A stretch of DNA of 64,000 nucleotides from a virus, in the IMG/VR virus record IMGVR_UViG_3300032038_000071, positions 2,836-66,835 of that record; one strand, given 5' to 3'. This document shows positions 1 to 6,696 of the stretch, in pieces (positions within the stretch are counted from its first letter, which is position 1; every line of letters begins with the position of its first letter). A program made the translations under genes and the position numbers. The notes beneath the pieces were generated by a model. That model was not told the origin of the DNA. It ran no database searches and saw only the letters and a program-made list of their open reading frames with translations.

Positions 1-94
1 GGCAAGTGTGGAGCAAGGAGCGTTCTCACGACAGCGGCAGCGGTCGTCAGGTAGCGCACGTGGATGCGATTCAATTGTCAATGTTCATGCTCTA

Positions 95-123
95 ATGGTA
101 CTACAGGATTAATACCGTGTCAA
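95..123 (-). promoter_or_regulatory. sigma-A-type promoter (TTGACA-N17-TACCAT) firing leftwards out of the window
   Basis: Minus strand reads TTGACA (123-118), a 17-nt spacer ending CTGTAG, then TACCAT (100-95). An A/T-rich UP-like tract at 124-165 matches the other promoters here. Confidence 0.5.
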
Positions 124-189
124 TATAAAATTTAAAAATATTTTTAGATTTTTTATGTTTACATAATATATGAAAATATTGCACCATTT

Positions 190-259
190 GCGTTTTAAGC
201 GTGTTTTAATGTTAATATGTACTAAACTACTATAAAAGCATAAAAAGCGCTTAAAACGT
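190..259. promoter_or_regulatory. inverted-repeat module CGTTTTAAGCG / CGCTTAAAACG with a 46-nt A/T-rich spacer
   Basis: The 11-bp arms at 191-201 and 248-258 are exact reverse complements. A paralogous module lies at 4019-4087. Confidence 0.5.
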
Positions 260-304
260 GCTACAGTGCGTTATATCGCTATATACTGCATGGTTATGTT
301 ATAA

Positions 305-334
305 TTGACAGCATAACAACACCACAACTATAAT
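305..334 (+). promoter_or_regulatory. near-consensus promoter on the plus strand (TTGACA-N18-TATAAT)
   Basis: TTGACA at 305-310 and TATAAT at 329-334. This is the only strong plus-strand promoter-like site seen in the window. Confidence 0.45.
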
Positions 335-335
335 C

Positions 336-359
336 ACAGCATGACAGCATGACAGCTTG
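336..359 (+). repeat. three tandem octamers ACAGCATG ACAGCATG ACAGCTTG
   Basis: Read directly at 336-343, 344-351 and 352-359. They sit at the predicted start of the plus-strand transcript. Confidence 0.9.
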
Positions 360-385
360 ACAATTTGCATCTAATCGGCTGTCCG

Positions 386-410
386 TTAAATTGTAAACAA
401 TTAAATTGTA
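386..410 (+). repeat. direct repeat TTAAATTGTA x2 enclosing the motif TTGTAAACAATTAA
   Basis: Copies are at 386-395 and 401-410. The 14-mer TTGTAAACAATTAA (391-404) recurs at 57645-57658. Confidence 0.85.
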
Positions 411-446
411 TGTATCCACAGGAGTAATATATGAACATATGAACAC

Positions 447-462
447 ATGAGGGATCCCTCAT
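447..462. repeat. 16-bp perfect palindrome ATGAGGGATCCCTCAT
   Basis: Read directly. It is preceded by the tandem ATGAACA / ATGAACA at 431-445. Confidence 0.9.
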
Positions 463-561
463 ATGTGCTTTACTGCTTTACTTGGATAAAGTATATATGC
501 ACAGATGTTCATATGTGCGGGTGTGCATACGTGCTTTCTCACTTTAACGTAGTAAAGTATA
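460..561 (+). repeat. two 36-nt imperfect direct repeats, each ending in a CTTTA-N6-TAAAG hairpin
   Basis: Units at 460-495 and 526-561 share 25 of 36 positions. The stems are conserved while the loops differ. A third CATATGTGC box lies at 510-518. Confidence 0.8.
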
Positions 562-566
562 GGAAC

Positions 567-597
567 GGAGAGATTTTTCACTCTCCATTTTTATTTT
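567..597 (+). terminator. intrinsic terminator-like hairpin on the plus strand
   Basis: GGAGAG (567-572) pairs with CTCTCC (581-586), followed by ATTTTTATTTT. Confidence 0.4.
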
Positions 598-607
598 AAT
601 CAGATAG

Positions 608-625
608 AAAACTACATAGTTCATA
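608..625. repeat. 18-mer AAAACTACATAGTTCATA, copy 1 of 2
   Basis: An identical 18-mer lies at 6903-6920. The flanks 601-640 and 6894-6935 are also similar. Each copy lies just downstream, in minus-strand sense, of a terminator. Confidence 0.85.
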
Positions 626-644
626 TAGCAAAACTTTTCCTCTT

Positions 645-700
645 TCCAAAAAATAAATGGCAGCGGGTGTCTGAATAATGTCTCGCTGCCTGCTTTTTAT
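645..700. terminator. bidirectional intrinsic terminator downstream of terS
   Basis: GGCAGCG (659-665) pairs with CGCTGCC (684-690). An A-run lies before it and a T-run after it on the plus strand. Confidence 0.6.
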
Positions 701-793
701 CTAAATATCCGTGTTTTTTGTGCATATTGACGAAAACAGTTGTATTTCCCTTAGGCCAAAAAGTTATCCGACTATACAAATTGCATAATAAAA

Positions 794-1279
794 TTACTGA
801 TTATTTCTGCTCCAATCTATAGAAATCTGTATATTTGGGTTATTTTCCTTGCCTTCAAGCTTGTTTTGTAGGTCTATAGTACGCTTTGCCAACTCTACTG
901 CGGCTCGTGTTCTCTCTGATAATGGAGCATCTAATCCGAACTGGTCTTTTATGTTTCCACGCATGACTTCCGATAGGAAAAACATGACTTCCCCAGCACG
1001 CGCGGACCCTTCCAAACGACGTATTTCCAAGCGTTTTGCGAGTTCCCTTTGAATCTTTGGAAGTAGCTGGATTTGCTTTGCTTGCATGGATAAAAAATTA
1101 TTTATTGCAGATTGTTTTTTCTTTCCTTCTGGCATATTCTGTATTTTATCTGGTAATGTATATTTAAATCCTGCATCTTTATATGCCTGTGTTAGATTAG
1201 CATTATCTATATAGGAATCTATGAATATACTTTGTTTTTTAGTTATTTGATTATCTTCTATTTTGGATAATTCCTTCAT
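794..1279 (-). CDS. terS: terminase small subunit
   Basis: 161 aa. ITKKQSIFIDSYIDNANLTQAYKDAGFKYT matches the N-terminal HTH signature of Terminase_2/P27-type small terminases. The C-terminal FGLDAPLSERTRAAVELAKR is also typical. A GAGG SD lies upstream. Confidence 0.8.
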   Translation of the reverse strand: MKELSKIEDNQITKKQSIFIDSYIDNANLTQAYKDAGFKYTLPDKIQNMPEGKKKQSAINNFLSMQAKQIQLLPKIQRELAKRLEIRRLEGSARAGEVMFFLSEVMRGNIKDQFGLDAPLSERTRAAVELAKRTIDLQNKLEGKENNPNIQISIDWSRNNQ

Positions 1280-1383
1280 TTTTTCCGCCTCACTTTTTAT
1301 TTTTATTTCACTATTCCGCCCTCGGTTTTGAGGTTTTATTAGTGCTGATTTTTATATATTCCTATGTTTTATTTTATATACTT

Positions 1384-1412
1384 TTTATATCATACTTATT
1401 CCATTTTTTCAA
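1384..1412 (-). promoter_or_regulatory. promoter-like site upstream of terS (TTGAAA-N17-TATAAA)
   Basis: Minus strand reads TTGAAA (1412-1407) and TATAAA (1389-1384), directly after the terminator at 1432-1470. Confidence 0.4.
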
Positions 1413-1431
1413 GTTATTTGTATTACTACAC

Positions 1432-1470
1432 AAAAAAATAGGACAGATAGACTTTTTTATCTATCCGCCC
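1432..1470 (-). terminator. intrinsic terminator
   Basis: Minus strand reads GGGCGGATAGA-loop-TCTATCTGTCC (9 of 11 bp paired) followed by TATTTTTTT. Confidence 0.55.
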
Positions 1471-1484
1471 TATGTTTTCAGATT

Positions 1485-1619
1485 TTATTTCAGCTTTTCT
1501 AATTCCTTATTTATAGTATCCAAATCTGTCTCTAATATAGTTATCTGCCAAGGCATCCACTTTTCTGGATGTGCTAACTTCTCCTCTATTTCCTTTTTCT
1601 TTTCTAATAAATATTCCAT
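1485..1619 (-). CDS. hypothetical protein (44 aa, below the ORF-track cutoff)
   Basis: ATG lies 9 nt after a GGAGG embedded in the end of the upstream gene. It translates to MEYLLEKKKEIEEKLAHPEKWMPWQITILETDLDTINKELEKLK and is followed by a terminator. Confidence 0.5.
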   Translation of the reverse strand: MEYLLEKKKEIEEKLAHPEKWMPWQITILETDLDTINKELEKLK

Positions 1620-1625
1620 ATCTTA

Positions 1626-1907
1626 TTACCTCCATTCTATATGCTTTTCACCTGAAACTATTCCGTCACAATAAATTCCTCCATTGCGTGATGCTCTGTC
1701 CATCAGCTTGAGGAATAAAGTCATTAAATCCTTAAACTCTGCATCCTCACAATAATATTCCAAATCCTCATCAGTTTCAGAACCATTAATATCTCCATCA
1801 GCTACTCCAAATGTTGCCCACATATCCCAAAAATAATCCTCACAATTAACACTCCTTGCGATTGTCTCCATCGCTCTTATCATTTTCGTTCTTTCCTTAA
1901 TATTCAT
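1626..1907 (-). CDS. hypothetical protein (93 aa, acidic)
   Basis: AGGAGG SD upstream. It is tightly packed with its neighbours. Confidence 0.7.
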   Translation of the reverse strand: MNIKERTKMIRAMETIARSVNCEDYFWDMWATFGVADGDINGSETDEDLEYYCEDAEFKDLMTLFLKLMDRASRNGGIYCDGIVSGEKHIEWR

Positions 1908-1908
1908 A

Positions 1909-2169
1909 TTACATTTCCTCCTTCTTTACAAATCCTAATAAAACATATATACACTCAGTCTCACCAATTACAGTGTAACTATTATAAACCTGTGGAAAAT
2001 CATCATCCTCATATATCATTATCCCATACATCTTATTGGGATTGAATATCGACTCCTCTGTAAACAGTGGCCAGTAAACTGTTTTCCTGTTCATATTATC
2101 ATATAAACTCTTTATCTCTCTTGCGGTACCGATATAATAGGTTGCCGCTGGTGCTTCCAATCTTGTCAT
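1909..2169 (-). CDS. hypothetical protein (86 aa)
   Basis: AAGGAGG SD upstream, with a 1-nt gap to the next gene. Confidence 0.7.
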   Translation of the reverse strand: MTRLEAPAATYYIGTAREIKSLYDNMNRKTVYWPLFTEESIFNPNKMYGIMIYEDDDFPQVYNSYTVIGETECIYVLLGFVKKEEM

Positions 2170-2186
2170 ACTATCTTACCTCCTTA

Positions 2187-2444
2187 CTAAAACCACATAT
2201 TCTTAAAGCGGTTGTATATAACCACATCTGAATCTTTATCCGAATTCTTTAAAGCTATGATGTTATCAAGGTCTACAGGATACAGCTTATCAACCTTAAG
2301 TAACTCACCGTTACCATTAAGTTCCTGTCCGAGCAATCCTTCACTCTTCTCAGTAATACCGCCAAGTTCACACTCCAGGATAAACTTGCTAACGAAGGCA
2401 TCACAGCCATCATACCATACTACGTTACACATCCACCATTTCAT
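2187..2444 (-). CDS. hypothetical protein (85 aa)
   Basis: GGGAGG SD upstream. Confidence 0.7.
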   Translation of the reverse strand: MKWWMCNVVWYDGCDAFVSKFILECELGGITEKSEGLLGQELNGNGELLKVDKLYPVDLDNIIALKNSDKDSDVVIYNRFKNMWF

Positions 2445-2457
2445 ATCACTTACCTCC

Positions 2458-2619
2458 CTATACTTCCTTAATTAATCCCATCTTTATCATATCGGCTTTC
2501 CAGCACTCAAAGTCTGGATAGTCCTCTTTATTGATGCTTTTAACGTAAACACACATTAAACCTAAAATACTAACAACTTTTCTTCCTTCTACCTCACATT
2601 CAATTTCCCACATACTCAT
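2458..2619 (-). CDS. hypothetical protein (53 aa, below the ORF-track cutoff)
   Basis: GGGAGG SD lies 8 nt before the ATG at 2619. It fills an otherwise empty gap and translates to MSMWEIECEVEGRKVVSILGL... Confidence 0.5.
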   Translation of the reverse strand: MSMWEIECEVEGRKVVSILGLMCVYVKSINKEDYPDFECWKADMIKMGLIKEV

Positions 2620-2620
2620 A

Positions 2621-2803
2621 TTAGATTTCCTCCCTTACGTGAACTTCAAAATATGGGTCATATGATCCAACTTCTCTGTCAGCTTCATTTCCGTACCAGA
2701 GACTTCTGGCAAACTCATTGGCTTCCACAATATCATCAAATCTACCCCAAGGCTCAAACTTTCCGCCTGTTTCTTCGCCTCTCACATAAACTCTCCAACT
2801 CAT
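2621..2803 (-). CDS. hypothetical protein (60 aa)
   Basis: AAGGAGG SD upstream. Confidence 0.65.
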   Translation of the reverse strand: MSWRVYVRGEETGGKFEPWGRFDDIVEANEFARSLWYGNEADREVGSYDPYFEVHVREEI

Positions 2804-2816
2804 ATCTTTTTCCTCC

Positions 2817-3044
2817 TTAATTTAAAATATCTTCCAAAACTTTTCTTATATCCGCTTCATCAAACTCCCAGTTGAAATATTCCGCTGATATCCTTTCAGC
2901 TTCTACCCATGCATCTATTAAGTCTACCTTAAACCTTTTTGCGACACGTTCTATAATTGCCTGATACTTATTATCGCTTATTCCTCTTCCCTTATTTAAT
3001 TCATCTGTAATCTGAAATTTGAGTTCCTTAATCATGCTATTCAT
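2817..3044 (-). CDS. hypothetical protein (75 aa)
   Basis: GAGGAGG SD upstream. Confidence 0.65.
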   Translation of the reverse strand: MNSMIKELKFQITDELNKGRGISDNKYQAIIERVAKRFKVDLIDAWVEAERISAEYFNWEFDEADIRKVLEDILN

Positions 3045-3059
3045 ATTCTTTCCTCCTCT

Positions 3060-3884
3060 CTACGCTACCTTACATCTTGTGAGGACTGTCTGCTTCTGTC
3101 CATTATACTCGTTATGGTCTTTGATAGTTCCTGTGAGTGTGAAGGATTCCTCTTTGTTATCTATGCAATCGAGATATTTTGAGGTCTTCCATGTGAAGAT
3201 ATGTCCTTCTGTATCTTTGAATATATAGAGGATTGTAACTCCACCATAATATCCGAAATTGTTATCCCATGCGGCGTGATTTACATATGTAAGGTCTACA
3301 GTAATCTTATCTCCAACTTCACCGTAATATCCTGCATCTACTTTATCCTTATTCTCCTCACGCTTCTTCCTGTCCTTAAGGTCGTTGCATTTTTCGGAAT
3401 TGTATTCATATCCTTCCCATATGTTCTCATCAGCAACCTCGTCTATTGATACCTCAATAAACTCAAATCCATCAACTGGATTTGCGATATGCCAATATAT
3501 CCAATTATCGAACTTTCCGCCGACTTCCTTAATCTGTTCCTTTATATCATATGTATTTCCAAGAAATACATAGGTCTTACCTTCTGCATTAAATCCGTTC
3601 TTTTTCAACCACTCTGTCTTAAGCTGTGGAACCTTTGTAAGCTGTTCCTGATATTTCTTCTCTGCTCTTTTCTGGCGCTGTTCTGCCAACTTCTCTGCAT
3701 ACTCTGGAGTATATTCCTTATATATCTCAGGCTTCGGGTCTAACCCTGAACCACCGCATCTATAGCAGGTATATCCTGTATATCTCCAAGATTCTGAACC
3801 ACCCTGACCACCACATTTACGACAAGTTGGGATTTCCCAATATTTAGTTCCATTCTTATCAACCTTTATAAACTTCTTTTCCAT
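3060..3884 (-). CDS. zinc-finger protein (CxxCGGxG x2) with an OB-fold-like C-terminal domain
   Basis: The start was moved to MEKKFIKV, which has an AAGGAGG SD. CRKCGGQGG...CYRCGGSG is a DnaJ-type zinc motif. The C-terminal GEVGDKITVDL...FTLTGTIKDHNEYNGQKQTVLTRCKV looks like an OB barrel. Confidence 0.65.
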   Translation of the reverse strand: MEKKFIKVDKNGTKYWEIPTCRKCGGQGGSESWRYTGYTCYRCGGSGLDPKPEIYKEYTPEYAEKLAEQRQKRAEKKYQEQLTKVPQLKTEWLKKNGFNAEGKTYVFLGNTYDIKEQIKEVGGKFDNWIYWHIANPVDGFEFIEVSIDEVADENIWEGYEYNSEKCNDLKDRKKREENKDKVDAGYYGEVGDKITVDLTYVNHAAWDNNFGYYGGVTILYIFKDTEGHIFTWKTSKYLDCIDNKEESFTLTGTIKDHNEYNGQKQTVLTRCKVA

Positions 3885-3944
3885 ATGATTTTCCTCCTTA
3901 GATTGATGATATAGCATAAAATATGCTTTTCAAGTGTCAAGTAT

Positions 3945-3973
3945 AGTATATTACAGGAAAAGTCATACGTCAA
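3945..3973 (-). promoter_or_regulatory. sigma-A-type promoter (TTGACG-N17-TATACT)
   Basis: Minus strand reads TTGACG (3973-3968) and TATACT (3950-3945), with an upstream A/T UP-like tract AAAAATATTTATCAATTTTTTA. Confidence 0.55.
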
Positions 3974-4018
3974 TAAAAAATTGATAAATATTTTTAAATT
4001 ATTATAATTCATTTTAAC

Positions 4019-4087
4019 GCGTTTTAAGACAATTTTATTATTATATGTATATTTATACTACTTTTATATAAAAACGTCTTAAAACGT
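4019..4087. promoter_or_regulatory. inverted-repeat module CGTTTTAAGAC / GTCTTAAAACG with a 45-nt A/T-rich spacer
   Basis: The arms at 4020-4030 and 4076-4086 are exact reverse complements. It is a paralogue of 190-259, with paired substitutions at the inner ends of the arms. Confidence 0.5.
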
Positions 4088-4102
4088 ACTACAGCACATT
4101 AT

Positions 4103-4132
4103 AAAAGCACGTTAAAATATAAACGTGCTTTT
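4103..4132 (-). terminator. intrinsic terminator after the 170-aa gene
   Basis: AAAAGCACGTT (4103-4113) pairs with AACGTGCTTTT (4122-4132) around an 8-nt loop. The flanks are U-rich on both strands. Confidence 0.55.
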
Positions 4133-4143
4133 ATAATCAAATA

Positions 4144-4656
4144 TTATCTATTAATCGGTAAAAACAAGGCGATTACCTCATCATCTTGCCACATTATGAC
4201 CGGAGACTTTTTATCCGGTATTGCACTAAATGTTATATTATCAGGTACTCCGTACTTTGTAATAGGCTTATTATAAAATTCCGAAAAGAATTTACAATCT
4301 ATACTAATACGTTGACCATCTTCTGCTCCATCAGGATAAAAATTAACAACTTCTTTTCCGCCAGATAATGTCTCTGTACTGCCCATAACATAATCAATTA
4401 ACCTCGGAGCTTCCGCTGTAGTCTGAATCAGGCGTTCCAGGTTTACATCTGTCCGGATACTTCCGATATTTTTTATAGATAAAATATCCTCTATATCTGT
4501 TTTTGGTACTCTGATGATATAAACAGTCCTAACTGCAATATATACATAATCTGGGTCACTGTCATAATCAAACATAAAATCCGAAGGAGTATAATGATAT
4601 CCTTTTGTCCTAAATCTATAAAGGGCATTGTTTAACTTCTTTACACTTATTTCCAT
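4144..4656 (-). CDS. hypothetical protein (170 aa)
   Basis: The start was moved to MEISVKK, which has a GGAGG SD and lies after the stop of the upstream gene. Confidence 0.65.
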   Translation of the reverse strand: MEISVKKLNNALYRFRTKGYHYTPSDFMFDYDSDPDYVYIAVRTVYIIRVPKTDIEDILSIKNIGSIRTDVNLERLIQTTAEAPRLIDYVMGSTETLSGGKEVVNFYPDGAEDGQRISIDCKFFSEFYNKPITKYGVPDNITFSAIPDKKSPVIMWQDDEVIALFLPINR

Positions 4657-4661
4657 AATAA

Positions 4662-4856
4662 TTACCTCCAATCTTGGCATTTATCGTTTATATCTTCCAT
4701 AGGCTCATCATGCTTTGTACAACATGGATAACCATACTCTTCATAATAATATATACAGTTGACACAACAAGGATTTGCGTGACGTTCTGTTTCTTCCTTC
4801 TGACATATCTCATAATATTTCTCCAAACTCATCATTTCCTCTAAACTCATCGTCAT
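4662..4856 (-). CDS. Cys-rich small protein (64 aa)
   Basis: The start was moved to the ATG after GGGAGGGAGG. It contains CCVNC...CC...C. Confidence 0.6.
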   Translation of the reverse strand: MTMSLEEMMSLEKYYEICQKEETERHANPCCVNCIYYYEEYGYPCCTKHDEPMEDINDKCQDWR

Positions 4857-4896
4857 ATTATCCTCCCTCCCCGTCAAGCCGTTAGGTCAGCTATAA

Positions 4897-5085
4897 TCAA
4901 AATTCCTCTATTCTATATATACGGTCTGGATATTTCCTCTTTTCTATATCTGTATATATACCTGCATACTCATAGTCCTCAAATACCTTCTCATATGTCC
5001 ACTGTAATGAAAAGGGTAAGTTGTTAGGTCGTTTAAGTTTCCATCCAACCACATAGACTGTATCCGATTTTTTCTTCTTTGCCAT
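4897..5085 (-). CDS. hypothetical protein (62 aa)
   Basis: GAGGTG SD upstream. Confidence 0.6.
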   Translation of the reverse strand: MAKKKKSDTVYVVGWKLKRPNNLPFSLQWTYEKVFEDYEYAGIYTDIEKRKYPDRIYRIEEF

Positions 5086-5086
5086 A

Positions 5087-5314
5087 TCAGCACCTCATAC
5101 ACTCATCTAATGGGATGCGATACCCATGATATTTGAAATATGGTCCATATGTAGTATAATACACCTTACACCTGTGTACTGAATTTCCTGACGCTACAAA
5201 TATAATATAGTCATCTATACCATATTCAATCTTTTTAATTTCAAATCCTGCAAGCCCGAAGCTGACTGCTACTGTTGGCATATCCATAACTTCTTCTTTT
5301 TCCTGTTTTGTCAT
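5087..5314 (-). CDS. hypothetical protein (75 aa)
   Basis: AAGGAGG SD upstream. Confidence 0.65.
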   Translation of the reverse strand: MTKQEKEEVMDMPTVAVSFGLAGFEIKKIEYGIDDYIIFVASGNSVHRCKVYYTTYGPYFKYHGYRIPLDECMRC

Positions 5315-5318
5315 AATC

Positions 5319-5468
5319 TTAATCCTCCTTCTTTACTATCTGAATTTCATATCCTTTCTCCTGCATCAGCTTCCAAGTATGCTGAATCATATGGATATCT
5401 CCCTGTTCAATATACTCGGTGAGAATATACTTAATAAAATCCTCACACAGAGTTGACTTAAATTCCAT
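5319..5468 (-). CDS. hypothetical protein (49 aa, below the ORF-track cutoff)
   Basis: The ATG overlaps the end of the upstream gene. It fills the gap 5315-5457 and translates to MEFKSTLCEDFIKYILTEYIEQGDIHMIQHTWKLMQEKGYEIQIVKKED. Confidence 0.45.
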   Translation of the reverse strand: MEFKSTLCEDFIKYILTEYIEQGDIHMIQHTWKLMQEKGYEIQIVKKED

Positions 5469-5871
5469 ATAAACCCATCTCCTCTCTATACATTATCCAG
5501 ACTGTTCTATAAATCAATCTGAATGCCTGACCGAGGGCTCTTGCCTGTGTATCGAGCCATTCCTCTCTGCTGTTAGGTCTGCGCTCTCCGTACTTGGTCT
5601 TTTTCAATTCAGACGGAGTGCAAAGGCGCTGTGCTATAGCGGAATCATATATCTCGGCACATCCTCTCCAACTATATTCGTTCCAGTTATCTGCTCCGTT
5701 GAGACAGATTGCCTTGAGTTCCTCAAATATCTTCTTGTTATCCTGAATAACGATAACCTCATCTAACGTATCCAGAATATCAAGAGCATATTCAGATACA
5801 CCCTTTTTCCAAGCACTTCTTGCCTTTGTGTTCATAACTCTTTCCATTACCTCTGCTACTCTAACTTCCAT
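5458..5871 (-). CDS. hypothetical protein (137 aa)
   Basis: GAGGAGG SD upstream. Confidence 0.7.
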   Translation of the reverse strand: MEVRVAEVMERVMNTKARSAWKKGVSEYALDILDTLDEVIVIQDNKKIFEELKAICLNGADNWNEYSWRGCAEIYDSAIAQRLCTPSELKKTKYGERRPNSREEWLDTQARALGQAFRLIYRTVWIMYREEMGLYGI

Positions 5872-5873
5872 AT

Positions 5874-6023
5874 CTACACCTCCTCATCATATGGGATAAT
5901 ACCCACATCAAATAAACCCATACTTGAATCCCATCCAAGTGCTACGTTGTCCAAATACTCACACGCCTCATCATATGTTGGGAATACCATTGTAATCATT
6001 CCGTGTTCTAATACTGCATACAT
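5874..6023 (-). CDS. hypothetical protein (49 aa from the SD-supported start; the track's 93-aa form is the alternative)
   Basis: AAAGGAGG lies 8 nt before the ATG at 6023 (MYAVLEHG...). The longer form would overlap the upstream gene by 44 nt and has no SD. Confidence 0.5.
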   Translation of the reverse strand: MYAVLEHGMITMVFPTYDEACEYLDNVALGWDSSMGLFDVGIIPYDEEV

Positions 6024-6111
6024 ATTCATTTCCTCCTTTGATTTTGCTTGGCTTACCATCATCAGATAACAAGTTGCCATCTTGCTATGACCCTCCGAAG
6101 AGGGTTTCGAC

Positions 6112-6402
6112 TTATCTGCTTCCATCCACAATGTATGTATTGGATGCAGTCTCAATTCGGGTCATCAGTTCTCCAGTTTCAGAGTCATCATACTCCCAAG
6201 CTACTGAAAACTGGAAGCTATTATGAGATATGATACGGAAGTTTCTTCCGTTGGTCTCATAACACCAACGCTTGCAATCTTCCATTGCTCTCATCTTTGC
6301 TGATGAAATATTTCCATATACGTGATACAGTTCTGTACCTTCATTATGTCTTGCCCTTGCAAGTAACTCCTGACCTCTTTTTGTTGTTCCCTTAATTATC
6401 AT
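6112..6402 (-). CDS. hypothetical protein (96 aa)
   Basis: CAAGGAGG SD upstream. It is the first gene after the promoter at 6519-6547. Confidence 0.7.
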   Translation of the reverse strand: MIIKGTTKRGQELLARARHNEGTELYHVYGNISSAKMRAMEDCKRWCYETNGRNFRIISHNSFQFSVAWEYDDSETGELMTRIETASNTYIVDGSR

Positions 6403-6439
6403 ATTGATTTCCTCCTTGAGATTTGATTTTTTAATTCCT

Positions 6440-6489
6440 CTATCGTAGCACGCTGATTTTTCAGCCTCGGCTGTTCAGCTAACCGATAG
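6440..6489 (-). promoter_or_regulatory. structured 5' leader hairpin beginning GGTTAGCTGA
   Basis: Minus strand CTATCG-GT-TAGC pairs with GCTA-CGATAG. Inner pairs are GCTGA/TCAGC and CAGC/GCTG. It is a GC-rich island about 23 nt after the predicted transcription start. Confidence 0.45.
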
Positions 6490-6518
6490 CACTTAAAACG
6501 CTTTTTTAAGTTATCTTA

Positions 6519-6547
6519 ATATTACTACTGAAATTATCATATGTCAA
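6519..6547 (-). promoter_or_regulatory. sigma-A-type promoter (TTGACA-N17-TAATAT)
   Basis: Minus strand reads TTGACA (6547-6542), a spacer ending CAGTAG, then TAATAT (6524-6519). An A/T UP-like tract lies upstream. Confidence 0.6.
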
Positions 6548-6576
6548 TAAAAAAATTAAAAATATTTTTATGCTTT

Positions 6577-6696
6577 TTTTTTACATTATAATAAGAAGAA
6601 ACACGTTTTTTTTCCTAATATTCTATAAAAATATAAATAAATCTTTTTTACATTATAATAAGAAGAAACACGTTTTTTTCCTAATATTCTATAAAA
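6577..6696. repeat. two direct copies of a 53/54-nt element
   Basis: 6577-6630 and 6644-6696 are identical (TTTTTTACATTATAATAAGAAGAAACACGTTTTTTT(T)CCTAATATTCTATAAAA) except for one T in the internal T-run. Confidence 0.95.

Larger units (their letters stand above)
341..597 (+). ncRNA. candidate ~250-nt non-coding transcript running from the plus-strand promoter to the plus-strand terminator
   Basis: It is bounded by the promoter at 305-334 and the hairpin plus T-tract at 567-597. The only SD-led ORF has 3 codons (ATG AAC ATA TGA at 431-442). The interval is dense in repeats and small hairpins. Confidence 0.3.

Noticed and set aside
1-70. A GC-rich left edge taken as host flank or att site of a prophage. 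A plus-strand frame is open from nt 1 to the TAG at 52-54.
   Set aside because: The stretch is too short to judge. The promoter at 95-123 fires into it. No integrase or direct repeat of it is seen in the window. It is recorded only as a compositional discontinuity.
412-420. A DnaA-box-like GTATCCACA that might mark a host-type origin.
   Set aside because: It is a single 8-of-9 match. The other TTATCC-containing words (763-771 and 6797-6805) match only 7 of 9. There is no cluster.
6577-6696. A CRISPR-like array.
   Set aside because: There are only two repeat copies, the 13-nt gap is too short for a spacer, the repeats are AT-rich and non-palindromic, and there are no cas genes.
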